Source of the DNA: an uncultured Pseudomonadota bacterium
GTDB taxonomy: Bacteria > Pseudomonadota > Alphaproteobacteria > JACZXZ01
DNA: 64,000 nt
Direction: 5' to 3'
Assembly: GCA_963749075.1 (NCBI GenBank)
Contig: CAVVLJ010000016.1
Coordinates: forward strand, 512,001 to 576,000
Notes under the pieces: generated by a model
Seen by the model: only the letters and a program-made list of their open reading frames with translations
The model's database searches: none
What the model was told of the DNA's origin: nothing
In this document: positions 41,003 to 51,218 of the stretch, one piece after another
How positions within the stretch are numbered: position 1 is the stretch's first letter
Layout of the letters: each line of letters opens with the position of its first letter
Position numbers and translations under genes: made by a program

Positions 41003-41453
41003 TCAGAACGTCCAGTCGCTCCCGGGACAGAGGCTTGCGCGCGGCGACGTTGAAGCGGCCGTCGTAGACCGGCCGCCCGCCCGTGGTCGGCCCCTGATAC
41101 TGCACGAAAAGCATCACGCCGCCGCTCTCGGTGCTGAGCTCGTCTTCGTAGTGCGGGTCGGCGTGGAAGATCATCGTGCCCGGCCCCATGGTCTTGCCGC
41201 CGATCGTAAAGGTACCTTCGAGGATGTACCAGACTTGCGCGAAATCATGCCTGTGCAGCGGGTGGTGAGAGCCGGGCTCGTAGCGCACGAAACCGGCATT
41301 GGGCTCGGTCGGCCGCTCCGCATGGGGATGGAACAGCATCTTGCTCCATTGGCCGGGAAAACGCAGCATCTCCCATTCCCGCTCGCTCTCGTGGACCGCC
41401 TCCATGGCGTTGTCGCCCGCCTTGCGTTGGATCGTGGCCATCGTCTCCGACAT
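41003..41453 (-). CDS. Cupin domain protein (true stop probably masked by a +1 insertion at about 41007)
   Basis: HPLHRHDFAQVWYILEG. Removing one A from GAACGTC (41006-41012) gives ...ERLDV* and removes an implausible 154-bp convergent overlap. Confidence 0.75.
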
Positions 41454-41519
41454 GGTTTCCTCCTCGCGATTGCTCGTGGACAGCTTGCCTCGCATTCCCC
41501 CGCCCCCGCACCGCGAGCA

Positions 41520-42254
41520 TCAGTAGGAGCCTTGGTATCTCCTTCGGTGCGTCGCCGCGTAGACGTAATCGATCATGGTGACAAAGTCGAAGACTGGCAG
41601 TGCCAAGGCATCCTGGACCGCCTTGGCATAGGGCGGCAGCATCGAGCATTCCAGGAGGATGGCGCCCAGCTCGCCGTGCTCCGTCTTGAGCTGACGGCAG
41701 AGGGCGACGAGCTCGCTCTCGACGAGCTCGGCATCGATCGAGCCCTTTTCGTCGAACACCGCGGTCTTGAACTCGGGCTTGTCCTGCAATCCCCGGATGA
41801 GGATTTTGTTGGCGACGCTGATGCCCGACCGCGCCAGGAAATCCGGCGTCAGGTTGGTCGAATCGGCCGTGATGACGGCGATCGGGCGCGTCGCGGCGAG
41901 GCAGCTCGCGACCAGCGGCAATTGCAGAAGGCTCGACATGCACACAGGAATGCCGACGGCCTCGCGCACGGCGTCTTGAAACTGCAGCATGAAGCCGCAA
42001 TCGCTGCTGATCGCGCGAACGCCCTGGATCTCGAGCTCCTTGGCGGCGGCGACCGCGGCCGCTTCGAGCTCCGGGGCTCCTCTGAGGCAGGCGGCTGTCG
42101 ACAGCCCCGGCACCACCTTATAGATCACCGGATAGGGGTAGGTGGTGGCGTTGTCGACGTCGCCCGGGATGAACGGGAGCGAGCAATCGAGCTGCAGGAT
42201 GCCCACGGCAAAGCCGTAATTCCGCGCCCCGCGCCGCGTGCGAAATGTCGTCAT
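41520..42254 (-). CDS. Aspartate/glutamate racemase family protein
   Basis: PGDVDNATTY, ISSDCGFM, ILLECSMLPPY (two-Cys pattern). Confidence 0.8.
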   Translation of the reverse strand: MTTFRTRRGARNYGFAVGILQLDCSLPFIPGDVDNATTYPYPVIYKVVPGLSTAACLRGAPELEAAAVAAAKELEIQGVRAISSDCGFMLQFQDAVREAVGIPVCMSSLLQLPLVASCLAATRPIAVITADSTNLTPDFLARSGISVANKILIRGLQDKPEFKTAVFDEKGSIDAELVESELVALCRQLKTEHGELGAILLECSMLPPYAKAVQDALALPVFDFVTMIDYVYAATHRRRYQGSY

Positions 42255-42455
42255 GCATCCACCTCGCGGTCCGATCGCATGCCGCGGATCGACCCTAAAC
42301 CATTTCTTCCGCGGGGGCACCGGAAAACGCGGTCGGATTCCGCATCCGCCGATCCCTTGCCGGCCGCCCGGAAGCGCACCATAGTTAAGTGTCGACGCCA
42401 GCCGTCCGACGATTGCCGATCGCGCGAGGCGACCTCTTCAAGCGAGACGCAGCCA

Positions 42456-42866
42456 ATGACCATCCGACTAGACCACACGATCGTGCCGGCGCGAGACAAG
42501 ATCGCCTCGGCACGGTTCTTCGCCGAGATCTTCGGCCTGGAAGTGAAGCCGGGCGAGAGCCATTTCGCGCAAGTGCAGGTCAACGACAGCTTGACCTTCG
42601 ACTTCGCCGACGAGGCCGAGGCCTGGGGCGGTCCGGGCTTCGATCCGCGCACCGGCAAGAGCCATCATTACGCCTTCCATGTCGGCGAGGCCGAGTTCAA
42701 GGCCATCTTCGGCCGCGTGAAAGCCAAGGGCATCCCCTTCGGCAGCGGGCCATACAGCCATACCGACGGCCGCACTTACACGCGCCGCGGCGGACGCGGC
42801 CTCTACTTCGAGGATCCTTACGGCCACCTGCTCGAGGTGATGACCGTGCCCGAGACGGGCAGCTAG
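42456..42866 (+). CDS. VOC (glyoxalase/bleomycin resistance) family protein
   Basis: LDHTIV, HYAFHV, GLYFEDPYGHLLEV. Confidence 0.88.
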   Translation: MTIRLDHTIVPARDKIASARFFAEIFGLEVKPGESHFAQVQVNDSLTFDFADEAEAWGGPGFDPRTGKSHHYAFHVGEAEFKAIFGRVKAKGIPFGSGPYSHTDGRTYTRRGGRGLYFEDPYGHLLEVMTVPETGS

Positions 42867-42881
42867 GGCGCTCTTTCGCCT

Positions 42882-43730
42882 CTATCCGCCCGACACGAAC
42901 GCCTTGAGCGTGGCGATCTCCGGACCTTGCGCCGCCTGCTCCCGCGCCAAGCGGCCGTAGAGGCTGGCGGCCCCTTGGAAGATCGCGGCAGCGGCGGGAT
43001 CGGCCTCGAGATAGGCGGCGATCTCCTCCATCTCGGCGACCCAGCGGTAGGCCTTGGCGTACATGGCCGGCACTTGGCGCTCGAGATAGGCCTTGAGCGC
43101 CGGCTGGCTCTCGGCGAGCTCGCTCCTCAACGCGGCCCCCACGCCGGCGCGCTCGGCACCCAGCATTGCGACGGAGCCGAGTGCGGTGAGGCCCTTGGTG
43201 ATCGAGGCGTAGGACAGCTTGAGGGCCGAGGCACTGCCCACCGTCCCGTCGAGGAGGCGCACGTCGAGTTCGTAGTCCCTGAGCGTCGCGAAGGCGGCGG
43301 CCTGCGGGCCCGAGGCATAGAAGCGCGGGCCCGGCGTGCCCTCGCGCGGCGGACCGCCGATGATGCCGGCGTCGACGAAGGGGGCACCCGCGGCTGCGAT
43401 CACCCCGGCCGTCTTACGCGCCGTCTCCGGGCTCACCGCATTGCAGTCGACGAAGACCGCGCGGCGGTTGCTCTCGCGGAGGGGTGGGGCCATGCGCTCG
43501 CCAAAGGCCAGCGCTTGGCCGGGCGGCACGATGGAGAGCACGAAATCCGCGTCTGCTAAGAGCGACAAGTCGTCCTCGACGCTTGTGACGCCGGCGCGCT
43601 CGGCTCGCGCCCTGCTGGCACTGCTGCGCCCGGCAAGCGAGGTGAGGACGCGCGCGCCGCGCTCATGGAGGCGGCGGGCCACGCCGCTTCCCATCTCGCC
43701 CATTGCGATGACGACTACCGTCGGAGCCAT
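42882..43730 (-). CDS. NAD(P)-dependent oxidoreductase, 6PGD/3-hydroxyisobutyrate dehydrogenase-like (DUF1932)
   Basis: IAMGEMG, VDCNAVSP, ASALKLSYA, KAYRWVAEMEEIA. Confidence 0.85.
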   Translation of the reverse strand: MAPTVVVIAMGEMGSGVARRLHERGARVLTSLAGRSSASRARAERAGVTSVEDDLSLLADADFVLSIVPPGQALAFGERMAPPLRESNRRAVFVDCNAVSPETARKTAGVIAAAGAPFVDAGIIGGPPREGTPGPRFYASGPQAAAFATLRDYELDVRLLDGTVGSASALKLSYASITKGLTALGSVAMLGAERAGVGAALRSELAESQPALKAYLERQVPAMYAKAYRWVAEMEEIAAYLEADPAAAAIFQGAASLYGRLAREQAAQGPEIATLKAFVSGG

Positions 43731-43771
43731 GACGCCTGTTCCCTTTGCCTGGCCGCGCGCCGCGCGGCACC

Positions 43772-44638
43772 TCATTGCCCGGCGAGGAATTCCCCCATCC
43801 AGCGCCGGTAATCCGCGTCGCGCGTCACGCGCTTCATGAGCTCGCCCGAGGCGACGCCCGCGAGCTTCGCCGGCGGCGTGCCGTCCTTGAGCGCCTTGAG
43901 CGTGGCATGCACGGCCGCCACCGCCGCCATGATGGACTGGTGCCCCTGGAGGCAGATGCGCACGCCCTTGGCGCCGAGGTAGTCGAGGTCCATGACCTCG
44001 GGGCCGGCGCCGCCGAGGATGATGGGCAGCTTGACCCGTGCTGAGAGCGCCTCGAGCTGGGTGCGCGTGCGCACGCCCACGAAGAAGAGCGCGTCCACCC
44101 CCGCGGCCTCATAGGCGCTGGCGCGCGCGACGGCGTCCTCGACGCTGGTGGCCGAGACCGCGCTCGTGCGCCCGACGACGACGAGCTCCGGGTCCTGGCG
44201 TCCGGCGCGTGCCGCGCGCATCTTGCCGACGCCCTCGGCGAGCGAGACGAGCCGGGTCTCCTCGGCCGAGCCGAAGGAGGCCGGCAGCAGCGTATCCTCG
44301 ATGGTGAGTGCTGCCACCCCCGCCGTCTCGAGCTCCTCCACCGTGCGCTTCACGTTGAGGGCATTGCCGTAGCCGTGGTCGGCGTCGACCAGGAGCGGCA
44401 GGTTGCCGGCGCGGCAGATGCGATAGGCCTGCCCGGCGAATTCCGTGAGCGAGAGCAGCATCAGATCGGGGGCGCCGAGCACCGCAAGGGCCGCGACCGA
44501 GCCGGCGAACATGCCGGCCTCGAAGCCGAGATCCTCGGCGATGCGCGCCGAGAGTGGGTCGAAGACGGAGCCCGGATGGATGCAGCGCGTGCCGGAGAGG
44601 ATGGCGCGGAAGCGCCGGCGGCGGTCGGTCCAATTCAT
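43772..44638 (-). CDS. Oxaloacetate decarboxylase (isocitrate lyase/PEP mutase family)
   Basis: SVFDPLSARIAEDLGFE, VDADHGYGNALNV, TIEDTLLP. Confidence 0.85.
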   Translation of the reverse strand: MNWTDRRRRFRAILSGTRCIHPGSVFDPLSARIAEDLGFEAGMFAGSVAALAVLGAPDLMLLSLTEFAGQAYRICRAGNLPLLVDADHGYGNALNVKRTVEELETAGVAALTIEDTLLPASFGSAEETRLVSLAEGVGKMRAARAGRQDPELVVVGRTSAVSATSVEDAVARASAYEAAGVDALFFVGVRTRTQLEALSARVKLPIILGGAGPEVMDLDYLGAKGVRICLQGHQSIMAAVAAVHATLKALKDGTPPAKLAGVASGELMKRVTRDADYRRWMGEFLAGQ

Positions 44639-44763
44639 GACGCGAGGATAGCAGAGGGCGGCGGCGGCGGCGAGTCTGGCCAGCGCCGCGAAGCGTGCTA
44701 TCCTCTGCGCAATAGGCGTGCCTGCCACGCGTGCGGTGCGCAGCCAAGGGGAGAGAGACGCCG

Positions 44764-45918
44764 ATGTCGCAACGAAAAGACCCGAGAGCGGGGAGCATGG
44801 CCGCCTCGAGTGCGGCGGGTGCCGCCCGCGGCAACGATGCGGTCGACTTCGAGAACCTGCATGAGATCGTGCGCAAGGCGCGCCAGAATCTCGACCAGAA
44901 CAATTGGGACTACATCGTCGGCGGCACCGAGAGCGAGACGACGCTGAGACGCAACCGCCTGGCCCTCGATCAGCTTGCCTTCCGGCCGCGCGTGCTGCGC
45001 GACGTGAGCAGGGTCGACGCTACGGTCGAGCGCCTCGGCCGCCAGCTGCGCCTGCCGGTCCTGCTCGCACCCGTGGGCAACCTCGAGACCTTCGAGGCGG
45101 GTGCTGCTGCGAGCGTCGTGCGCGCGGCGCGCGAGTTCGGCGTGGCGCATATGGTGAGCTCGGTGTGCGAGCCCGGGCTCGAGGGCGTAGCAAGGGCGGC
45201 ACCCGAGGCGCTGCGCCTCTTCCAGCTCTACGTCCGCGGCGACGACGCCTTCGTCGACGATCACGTGCGCCGCGCCATCGACCGGGGCTACGCCGCCTTC
45301 TGCCTGACCGTCGACACGGCGCATTACAGCCGGCGCGAGCGCGACATCGCCAAACGGCATTTCACCGCCGGCCGCCTGAGGGTCGAGGGGCGCGACTTCC
45401 AGCAGGCGCTCGACTGGCGGACGGTGCGCCGCATCAAGGACAAGTTCGACATCCCGTTAGCACTCAAGGGCATCGCCACCCGGGAGGATGCACGCACGGC
45501 CATCGAGCACGGCGTCGAGTGGATCTACGTGTCGAACCACGGCGGCCGCCAGCTCGACCACGGGCGCGGCTCGATCGAGGTGCTGCCCGAGATCCGCGAC
45601 GAGGTGGCGGACCGCGCCAAGATCATGATCGACGGCGGCTTCTGCCGCGGCACCGACGTGGTGAAGGCGATCGCCGCGGGCGCCGATCTCGTCGGCCTCG
45701 GCCGCATGCAGTGCTACGGCCTGGCCGCCGCGGGCCAGGCGGGCGTGGTGCGCATGCTGGAGCTCCTCGAGGACGAGGTGCGGCGCTGCCTGGGCCTCCT
45801 CGGCGTCAACCGCTTCGCCGAGCTCGACCAGAGCTATCTGCATGCGGCGGCACCGGCCAACGCGCCGCACGTCTTGAGCGCCTTCCCGCTCCTCGAGATC
45901 GAGCCCTATCGGTACTGA
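44764..45918 (+). CDS. FMN-dependent alpha-hydroxy acid oxidase/dehydrogenase
   Basis: LFQLY, LTVD, SNHGGRQLD, IDGGFCRGTDVVKA. Confidence 0.92.
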   Translation: MSQRKDPRAGSMAASSAAGAARGNDAVDFENLHEIVRKARQNLDQNNWDYIVGGTESETTLRRNRLALDQLAFRPRVLRDVSRVDATVERLGRQLRLPVLLAPVGNLETFEAGAAASVVRAAREFGVAHMVSSVCEPGLEGVARAAPEALRLFQLYVRGDDAFVDDHVRRAIDRGYAAFCLTVDTAHYSRRERDIAKRHFTAGRLRVEGRDFQQALDWRTVRRIKDKFDIPLALKGIATREDARTAIEHGVEWIYVSNHGGRQLDHGRGSIEVLPEIRDEVADRAKIMIDGGFCRGTDVVKAIAAGADLVGLGRMQCYGLAAAGQAGVVRMLELLEDEVRRCLGLLGVNRFAELDQSYLHAAAPANAPHVLSAFPLLEIEPYRY

Positions 45919-45948
45919 GCGCCGCCGGCAGCACGGCTGGGAGGTCGC

Positions 45949-48432
45949 GTGCGCGAGAAGGAGCTGCGTCTGGCCCTGGTGTTCTTCGGCGGCATCTCGC
46001 TCGCCGTCTACATGCACGGCATCAGCAAGGAGATTCTCAAGCTCGTGCGCGCGTCGAAGGCGCTGCACGCCATCGTCAACCGCAGCGAGCGGCTCAAGTC
46101 GCGCTACCCCAAGTCGGCCGCCGGCGGCGAGCGCGAGGACGACACCGAGGTCCTTTATTTCGAGCTCTTGCGCGAGATCGGGCGCAAGACGGAGCTCCGC
46201 GTCATCGTCGACGTGATCGCGGGCGCCTCCGCCGGCGGCATCAACGGAGTCATGCTGGCGAGGGCGCTGGCGCACGATCTCCCGATGGCCAGGCTGCGCG
46301 ACCTCTGGCTCGAGGAAGCCGACGTGAGCGGCCTGCTCTCGCGCCGCAGCCGCGCGCGCACCTGGAGCAAAATGTTCCTGATGCCCTTCATCTGGGGTGC
46401 CGGCCACATGAGCTGGCTCGAGTCCGTTCACGACAAGGAGGTGCGCCGCAAGCTCTCCCTCTTCGTGCGCTCGCGCTGGTTCAAGCCGCCCTTCGGCGGC
46501 CACCGCATGTCGCTCCTCATGCTGAACGCGCTGCGCAGCATGGGCGACGGCGAGGGCTCGCTCCTCCCGGCCGGCATGGGGCTCGAGCTCTTCGTGACGC
46601 TGACCGACTTCTTCGGTTACCAGCAGCTCATCCAGATTCACGACCCGCCGCTCATCCGCGAGCGCGAGCACCGCCACATTCTCAAGTTCGGCTACCGGCG
46701 CTCGTCCTCCGGCGAGATCGAGAGCGACTTCACCCTCGCCGATACGCCGGCGCTCGCCTTCGCGGCGCGCGCCACCTCCTCCTTCCCGGGCGCCTTTCCC
46801 CCGATGCAGATCGCCGAGATCGACGAGCTCCTCGAGGAGCGGGGCCTCGCGTGGCCGAGCCGCCAGCACTTCCTCGCGCGCAACTTCGCGCGCTATGCCC
46901 GCGCGGGCGTCGACCCGGAGCGCGCCTCCTTCATCGACGGCAGCGTTCTCGACAACAAGCCGTTCCGCGAGGCCATCCAGTCGATCCGCGGCCGGCCGGC
47001 CTATCGCCAGGTGGACCGGCGCCTCGTCTACGTCGAGCCCGATCCCGTGCGGCTCGCCGCCAAGACGGCACGCTACAGGCCCGGCTTCTTCACGGCGCTC
47101 AAGGGTGCGCTCTCGGACATCCCGCGCAACGAGCCGATCGCCGAAGAGCTCGATTGGGTCAACGGCTTCAACGAGCGGGTGCGCCGCCTCAAGTCCATCG
47201 TCGAGGCGGCGCGGCCGGAAATCTCCGGCCTCGTCGCCGATGCCTCGGCCGCCCTCGACCGGCCCTTCGGCGCCGAGGAGCTGGCAAGCTGGCGCGAGAA
47301 GGTCAACCGCCGGGTGCGCACGAACGCCGGCTTCGCCTACGAGGGCTACGTGCGTCTCAAGATGGCGTCGGCGCGCGCTTTCGTCGTGCGCCTCATCGCC
47401 GCAGCCGCTGCGGCCGAGCCGCGCTCGCCGGGCGCGCGGCTGATCGCCGAGGTGGTGGAAGCGTGGGCGCATTTGCGCGGCATCGCCTACGGTACGCACG
47501 GCAGCGAGGCGCTCGCGGGAGAGACGGCCGCAGCCTCCGCGGCGACGCCTTGGGTCGCCTTTCTCCTCGCCTTCAACGTCGATTACCGCATGCGCCGGCT
47601 GAGCTTCCTCATCCAGGGGCAGAACCGGCTCTACGGCATGATGGACGAGGTCGGGGCGGGCAGCGAGACCGCACGGCTGGTGGACCGCCTGAAGCGCGAC
47701 TTCTACCATTGCCTCGACGTGCTCGGGCACTGCGAGCGGGCCAACCGCCTGACGCCTGCTGTGCGCGAGGCGGCGGCGGCGCTCTTCGCCGAGACGCCCT
47801 CGGCCGCCGACGCCCGGCGCATCGCCGACCACGCCAGGAGCTTCGCCGAGCGGCACGCGGGGGAGATCGATGCGCTGGTCAAGAGCCTCGGCCGCGAGGT
47901 GGCACTCGAGGGCGCCACCCACGACGTGGATGCGCTTCTCGCCGGCATGGATCACGGCGCCTGGACGCCGCTCGTGCGCCGCGAGGTCCTGACCAACTAT
48001 CTCGGCTTCCCCTTCTGGGACGTGCTCACCTTTTCCGTCACGAGCTGGCGCGACGTGGGCGAGTTCGACGAGATTCGCATCGACCGCATCAGCCCGGAGG
48101 ACGCCCGCGCGATCCCCATAGAACCGCGCCTCGCCCGGCTCAGGGGCACCAGCCTCGGCCACTTCGGCGCCTTCTTCTCGCGCACCTACCGGGAGAACGA
48201 TTACCTCCTGGGACGCCTCCACGGCGCCGATCGTCTGGTCGACATCGTCTGCGATGCCGCCGGCATCGAGCGGCAGGGGGACGGCATCGACGTGGACGAG
48301 CTGAAGCGCCGGCTCTTCGCGCGCATCCTCGATGCCGAGGAGCCGCATCTCCCCAACAGCCGCGCGCTGATGGCGGCCCTGCGCGCGGCGCTCGCGGGCG
48401 GGGATGGCGGCGGCGGCTCCGGGGCCGCGTGA
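45949..48432 (+). CDS. Patatin-like phospholipase with DUF3376 domain
   Basis: FGGISLAVYMHG, GASAGG, DGSVLDNKP, HFGAFFSR..RENDYLLGR. Confidence 0.88.
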   Translation: MREKELRLALVFFGGISLAVYMHGISKEILKLVRASKALHAIVNRSERLKSRYPKSAAGGEREDDTEVLYFELLREIGRKTELRVIVDVIAGASAGGINGVMLARALAHDLPMARLRDLWLEEADVSGLLSRRSRARTWSKMFLMPFIWGAGHMSWLESVHDKEVRRKLSLFVRSRWFKPPFGGHRMSLLMLNALRSMGDGEGSLLPAGMGLELFVTLTDFFGYQQLIQIHDPPLIREREHRHILKFGYRRSSSGEIESDFTLADTPALAFAARATSSFPGAFPPMQIAEIDELLEERGLAWPSRQHFLARNFARYARAGVDPERASFIDGSVLDNKPFREAIQSIRGRPAYRQVDRRLVYVEPDPVRLAAKTARYRPGFFTALKGALSDIPRNEPIAEELDWVNGFNERVRRLKSIVEAARPEISGLVADASAALDRPFGAEELASWREKVNRRVRTNAGFAYEGYVRLKMASARAFVVRLIAAAAAAEPRSPGARLIAEVVEAWAHLRGIAYGTHGSEALAGETAAASAATPWVAFLLAFNVDYRMRRLSFLIQGQNRLYGMMDEVGAGSETARLVDRLKRDFYHCLDVLGHCERANRLTPAVREAAAALFAETPSAADARRIADHARSFAERHAGEIDALVKSLGREVALEGATHDVDALLAGMDHGAWTPLVRREVLTNYLGFPFWDVLTFSVTSWRDVGEFDEIRIDRISPEDARAIPIEPRLARLRGTSLGHFGAFFSRTYRENDYLLGRLHGADRLVDIVCDAAGIERQGDGIDVDELKRRLFARILDAEEPHLPNSRALMAALRAALAGGDGGGGSGAA

Positions 48433-48470
48433 TTGGGGGCTTCGAACTGCGCCGTGTCTTTCTCCTGGAA

Positions 48471-48551
48471 CGTCATGGCCGGCGAAGGCCGGCCATCCAC
48501 GTTTCACGCCGGCCAGAAAAAGACGTGGATGGCCGCGACATGCGCGCTCAT
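48471..48551. repeat. Intergenic palindromic repeat element between convergent genes
   Basis: GTCATGGCCGGC...GCCGGCCATCCACGT...ACGTGGATGGCC, resembling alphaproteobacterial intergenic repeats. Confidence 0.6.
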
Positions 48552-48602
48552 GGCGATAGGGAGACGGAATGCCTCCCGTTGCCGCGCCGCCGCCGCAGCA
48601 CC

Positions 48603-49889
48603 TCAGACGGCTGCCGCCCCCAAAAGGGTCAACGCCGCCGCCGCCATCACCTTGGCGGAGGCGATCATGTCGTCCACGAGGACGTATTCGTCGGGCTGGT
48701 GGGCGAGGTCGAGAATGCCGGGGCCGTAGGCGATGCAGTCCTTGAGCTTGCCCACGCGCACGATGTGCTTCTGGTCGTAGGTGCCGGGGGAGACGACCTG
48801 CACAGCGGGCCGGCCGAGCACGCGCTCGATCTCGGCGGCGACCGCCTTGACCACGGGCGCATCCGCATCGGTGAGCGTGGGCGGGAAGTGCAGCACCTCG
48901 GCGAGGTCATAGGCGAAGCCTGGCCGCTCGCGCCTCAAGGTCTCGAGGAGATCGGCGATCTCGCGGCGCACCTCCTCGAGGTTCTCCTCGATGAGATAGC
49001 GCCGGTCGATCACCAGGCGGCAGCTGTCGGGCACCATGGGGCTCGGCAGGCCCTCGTAGTCCTCGCCGAGCCCTCCATGGATCGAGCTCAGGTTGATGGT
49101 CGAGCTCTTGGCGCCCTCGGGCACCACCGGCATGCGGGTATGCTTCTGGGCGAGGCGCGGGATGAGGTTCTGCTCGATGCGCTCGAGCACGGCGCCCATG
49201 TGGCGCACCGCGCAATTGCCGAGGAAGGGCATGGAGCCGTGCGCGGTGCGGCCGTGGGTCTCGATGCGCGCCCACCACACGCCGCGGTGCCCGATGCAGA
49301 TGCGGTCGACGTTGAGCGGCTCGGGGATGATCACGTGGTCGACCCGCGGCGGCGAGAAGTAGCCGCGCTCGGCCAAGTAGCCGACGCCGCCATAGCCGCC
49401 CGACTCCTCGTCGACCGTGCCGGAGATCTCGAGGGCGCCGGGATAGGCGATGCCCTCGTCGAGGATGGCCTCGACGGCGATGAGCGAGGCGGCGAGCCCG
49501 CCCTTCATGTCCGAGGCGCCGCGGCCGTAGAGCCGGCCGCCGTCGAGCTCGCCCGCGAAGGGATCGCGCGTCCAGCCGCGCCCGGCCGCCACCACGTCGA
49601 TGTGGCTGTTGAAATGCACGCAACGGCCGGGCCCCGTGCCCGTCTTGCGGGCGATGACGTTGGTGCGCGGGTAGCGCTCGTTGTCGCCGGGGCTGCCGAG
49701 GCCGCGCTCGTAGCGCACCTCGAAGCCGCGCGCGGCGAGCCGGGAGCCTATGAGCTCGGCGCAAGGAGCATAGGCGTCGCCCGGCGGATTGACCGTGGGG
49801 ATGCGGATGAGCGCGCGCGCGAGCGCCACCAGCTCGTCGGTGCTGCTCTCGATGCGGCGAAAAAGCCCGTCGCGGAAATCGCGCGGCAT
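48603..49889 (-). CDS. M20 family acetylornithine deacetylase/succinyl-DAP desuccinylase-like hydrolase
   Basis: FNSHIDVV, GRGASDMKGG, DEESGG, AHQPDE. Confidence 0.9.
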   Translation of the reverse strand: MPRDFRDGLFRRIESSTDELVALARALIRIPTVNPPGDAYAPCAELIGSRLAARGFEVRYERGLGSPGDNERYPRTNVIARKTGTGPGRCVHFNSHIDVVAAGRGWTRDPFAGELDGGRLYGRGASDMKGGLAASLIAVEAILDEGIAYPGALEISGTVDEESGGYGGVGYLAERGYFSPPRVDHVIIPEPLNVDRICIGHRGVWWARIETHGRTAHGSMPFLGNCAVRHMGAVLERIEQNLIPRLAQKHTRMPVVPEGAKSSTINLSSIHGGLGEDYEGLPSPMVPDSCRLVIDRRYLIEENLEEVRREIADLLETLRRERPGFAYDLAEVLHFPPTLTDADAPVVKAVAAEIERVLGRPAVQVVSPGTYDQKHIVRVGKLKDCIAYGPGILDLAHQPDEYVLVDDMIASAKVMAAAALTLLGAAAV

Positions 49890-49907
49890 GGTGCCTCCCG
49901 AGCAACG

Positions 49908-50618
49908 CTACGGGGAGGGCTGCCGCTCTGTCAATCGCGCGGGCGGGAAGAGGCGGTCGAAGGCGGCGCCGCCTTCCTCCGAGAACAGCACCGTGCGGCT
50001 CCGGCGGCCGCGCCTGGCCCAGCCGCGCGCGAAGAGCTCATGGAGGATCGCAGCACCGAGCGCGCCGCCGAGATGGTTGCGCCGCTCGCTCCAGTCGAGG
50101 CAGGCGCGGCAGAGCGGGCGGCGCGTGCCCCCGAGCGAGGTGCTGTCGACGCCCAGGCCGCGCAAGAAGCGGCGCCCGCCGTCCGCGAGCTGGAGTTCCT
50201 CGTCGTCGCCCACGATCACGCCGCGCGCGCGCAAGCCCTCGAGCATGCGCACCCCGCGCTCGCCGGCTAGATGATCGTAGCAGACGCGCGCCTGGCGCAG
50301 CGCCGGATCGTTCGGTCCGGTGCGCACGCGGCGCTGCCCCGTCCGCATGGCGAGCCCCATCAGCCCTTCGAGCACGGCCGCCACGTCGGCGCCCGAGAGG
50401 CGGAAGTAGCGGTGGCGGCCCTGCTGGCGCGTGGCCAGGAGGCCGGCGCTCGCGAGCTTGGCCAGGTGGCTGCTTGCCGTGGAGGGCGCCACCCCCGCCT
50501 CGAGCGCCAGCTCGCTCGCGGTCAGCGCGCGGCCGTCCATGAGCGCCGTGAGCATATTGGCGCGCGCCGGGTCGCCGAGGAGGGCCGCGATCGCGGCAAT
50601 GTCCGGTCCGTCCTTCAT
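49908..50618 (-). CDS. ArsR family transcriptional regulator
   Basis: GDPARANML, TASSHLAKL, QGRHRYFRL, RVCYDHLAG, CLDWSERR. Confidence 0.88.
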   Translation of the reverse strand: MKDGPDIAAIAALLGDPARANMLTALMDGRALTASELALEAGVAPSTASSHLAKLASAGLLATRQQGRHRYFRLSGADVAAVLEGLMGLAMRTGQRRVRTGPNDPALRQARVCYDHLAGERGVRMLEGLRARGVIVGDDEELQLADGGRRFLRGLGVDSTSLGGTRRPLCRACLDWSERRNHLGGALGAAILHELFARGWARRGRRSRTVLFSEEGGAAFDRLFPPARLTERQPSP

Positions 50619-50685
50619 AGTTCGATCATGGCAGAAATGTCGCAGCCGCGCAAGCCGCCACCGCAACAGCCGCCACCGCAACGGC

Positions 50686-51217
50686 TTACTCCGGAGGTGC
50701 TACGCGATACCAGTAGGCCGAGGGATAGCCCTCGGCGTCGACGTTCGAGCACTTGGCGCCCGACGGCCGGCCGGTTCCCGACGCAGTGCCAGGCGTAGAT
50801 CGTGCTATGGCCGGTCGCATAAGCGGGGACGATCTCGGCGCCGGGATTGTCGCGGCAGTACTCGCGCGCGCCGGGACCCGGCGTTGTGCGCGTATCGGCC
50901 TTGCCGTCGCAGGGGATATTGGCGCCGTAGGTGCAGGCGAGCACGGTCCCTGCGGCACAGCGCCAGATGCCGCGCTTGAAGATCTCGAGCGGCGCTCCGG
51001 GTGCCGCCCCGCTTGCCCGCTTGAGGGCCTCGGCGACCCAGTCGGGCATCGCCGGGCCTGTGTAGCGTGCGTCCGGCCGGTCGATCGTGCCGACCGCGGC
51101 GCAATAGGGCGCCGGGTCGTCGAAGCGCTTGGCGCCGCCGGATTGCGCGTGCGCCGAGGCGAAGGCGAGCGTCATGCCGCAGCAGAGGACGATCGCGGCC
51201 GCCGCCGCACTTCGCAT
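50686..51217 (-). CDS. Cys-rich exported hypothetical protein, +1 frameshift at about 50744
   Basis: Signal peptide ending AHA-Q; six Cys in the mature part. Removing one T in GACGTTC (50740-50746) gives ...VLDVDAEGYPSAYWYRVAPPE*. Confidence 0.7.
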
Positions 51218-51218
51218 G

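Noticed and set aside
25337-44638. Functional coupling of ppc and oxaloacetate decarboxylase
   Set aside because: About 15 kb apart in separate transcription units; no evidence of linkage.
44904-50270. 1788-aa ORF and other long Arg/Pro/Ala-rich ORFs (e.g. 25091-28669, 12540-15203, 45457-48507)
   Set aside because: Off-frame or antisense shadows of well-supported genes, as expected in high-GC DNA with few stop codons.
50653-50682. 15-bp direct repeat AGCCGCCACCGCAAC x2 upstream of the ArsR gene
   Set aside because: Only two copies; cannot distinguish an operator from a slippage duplication.
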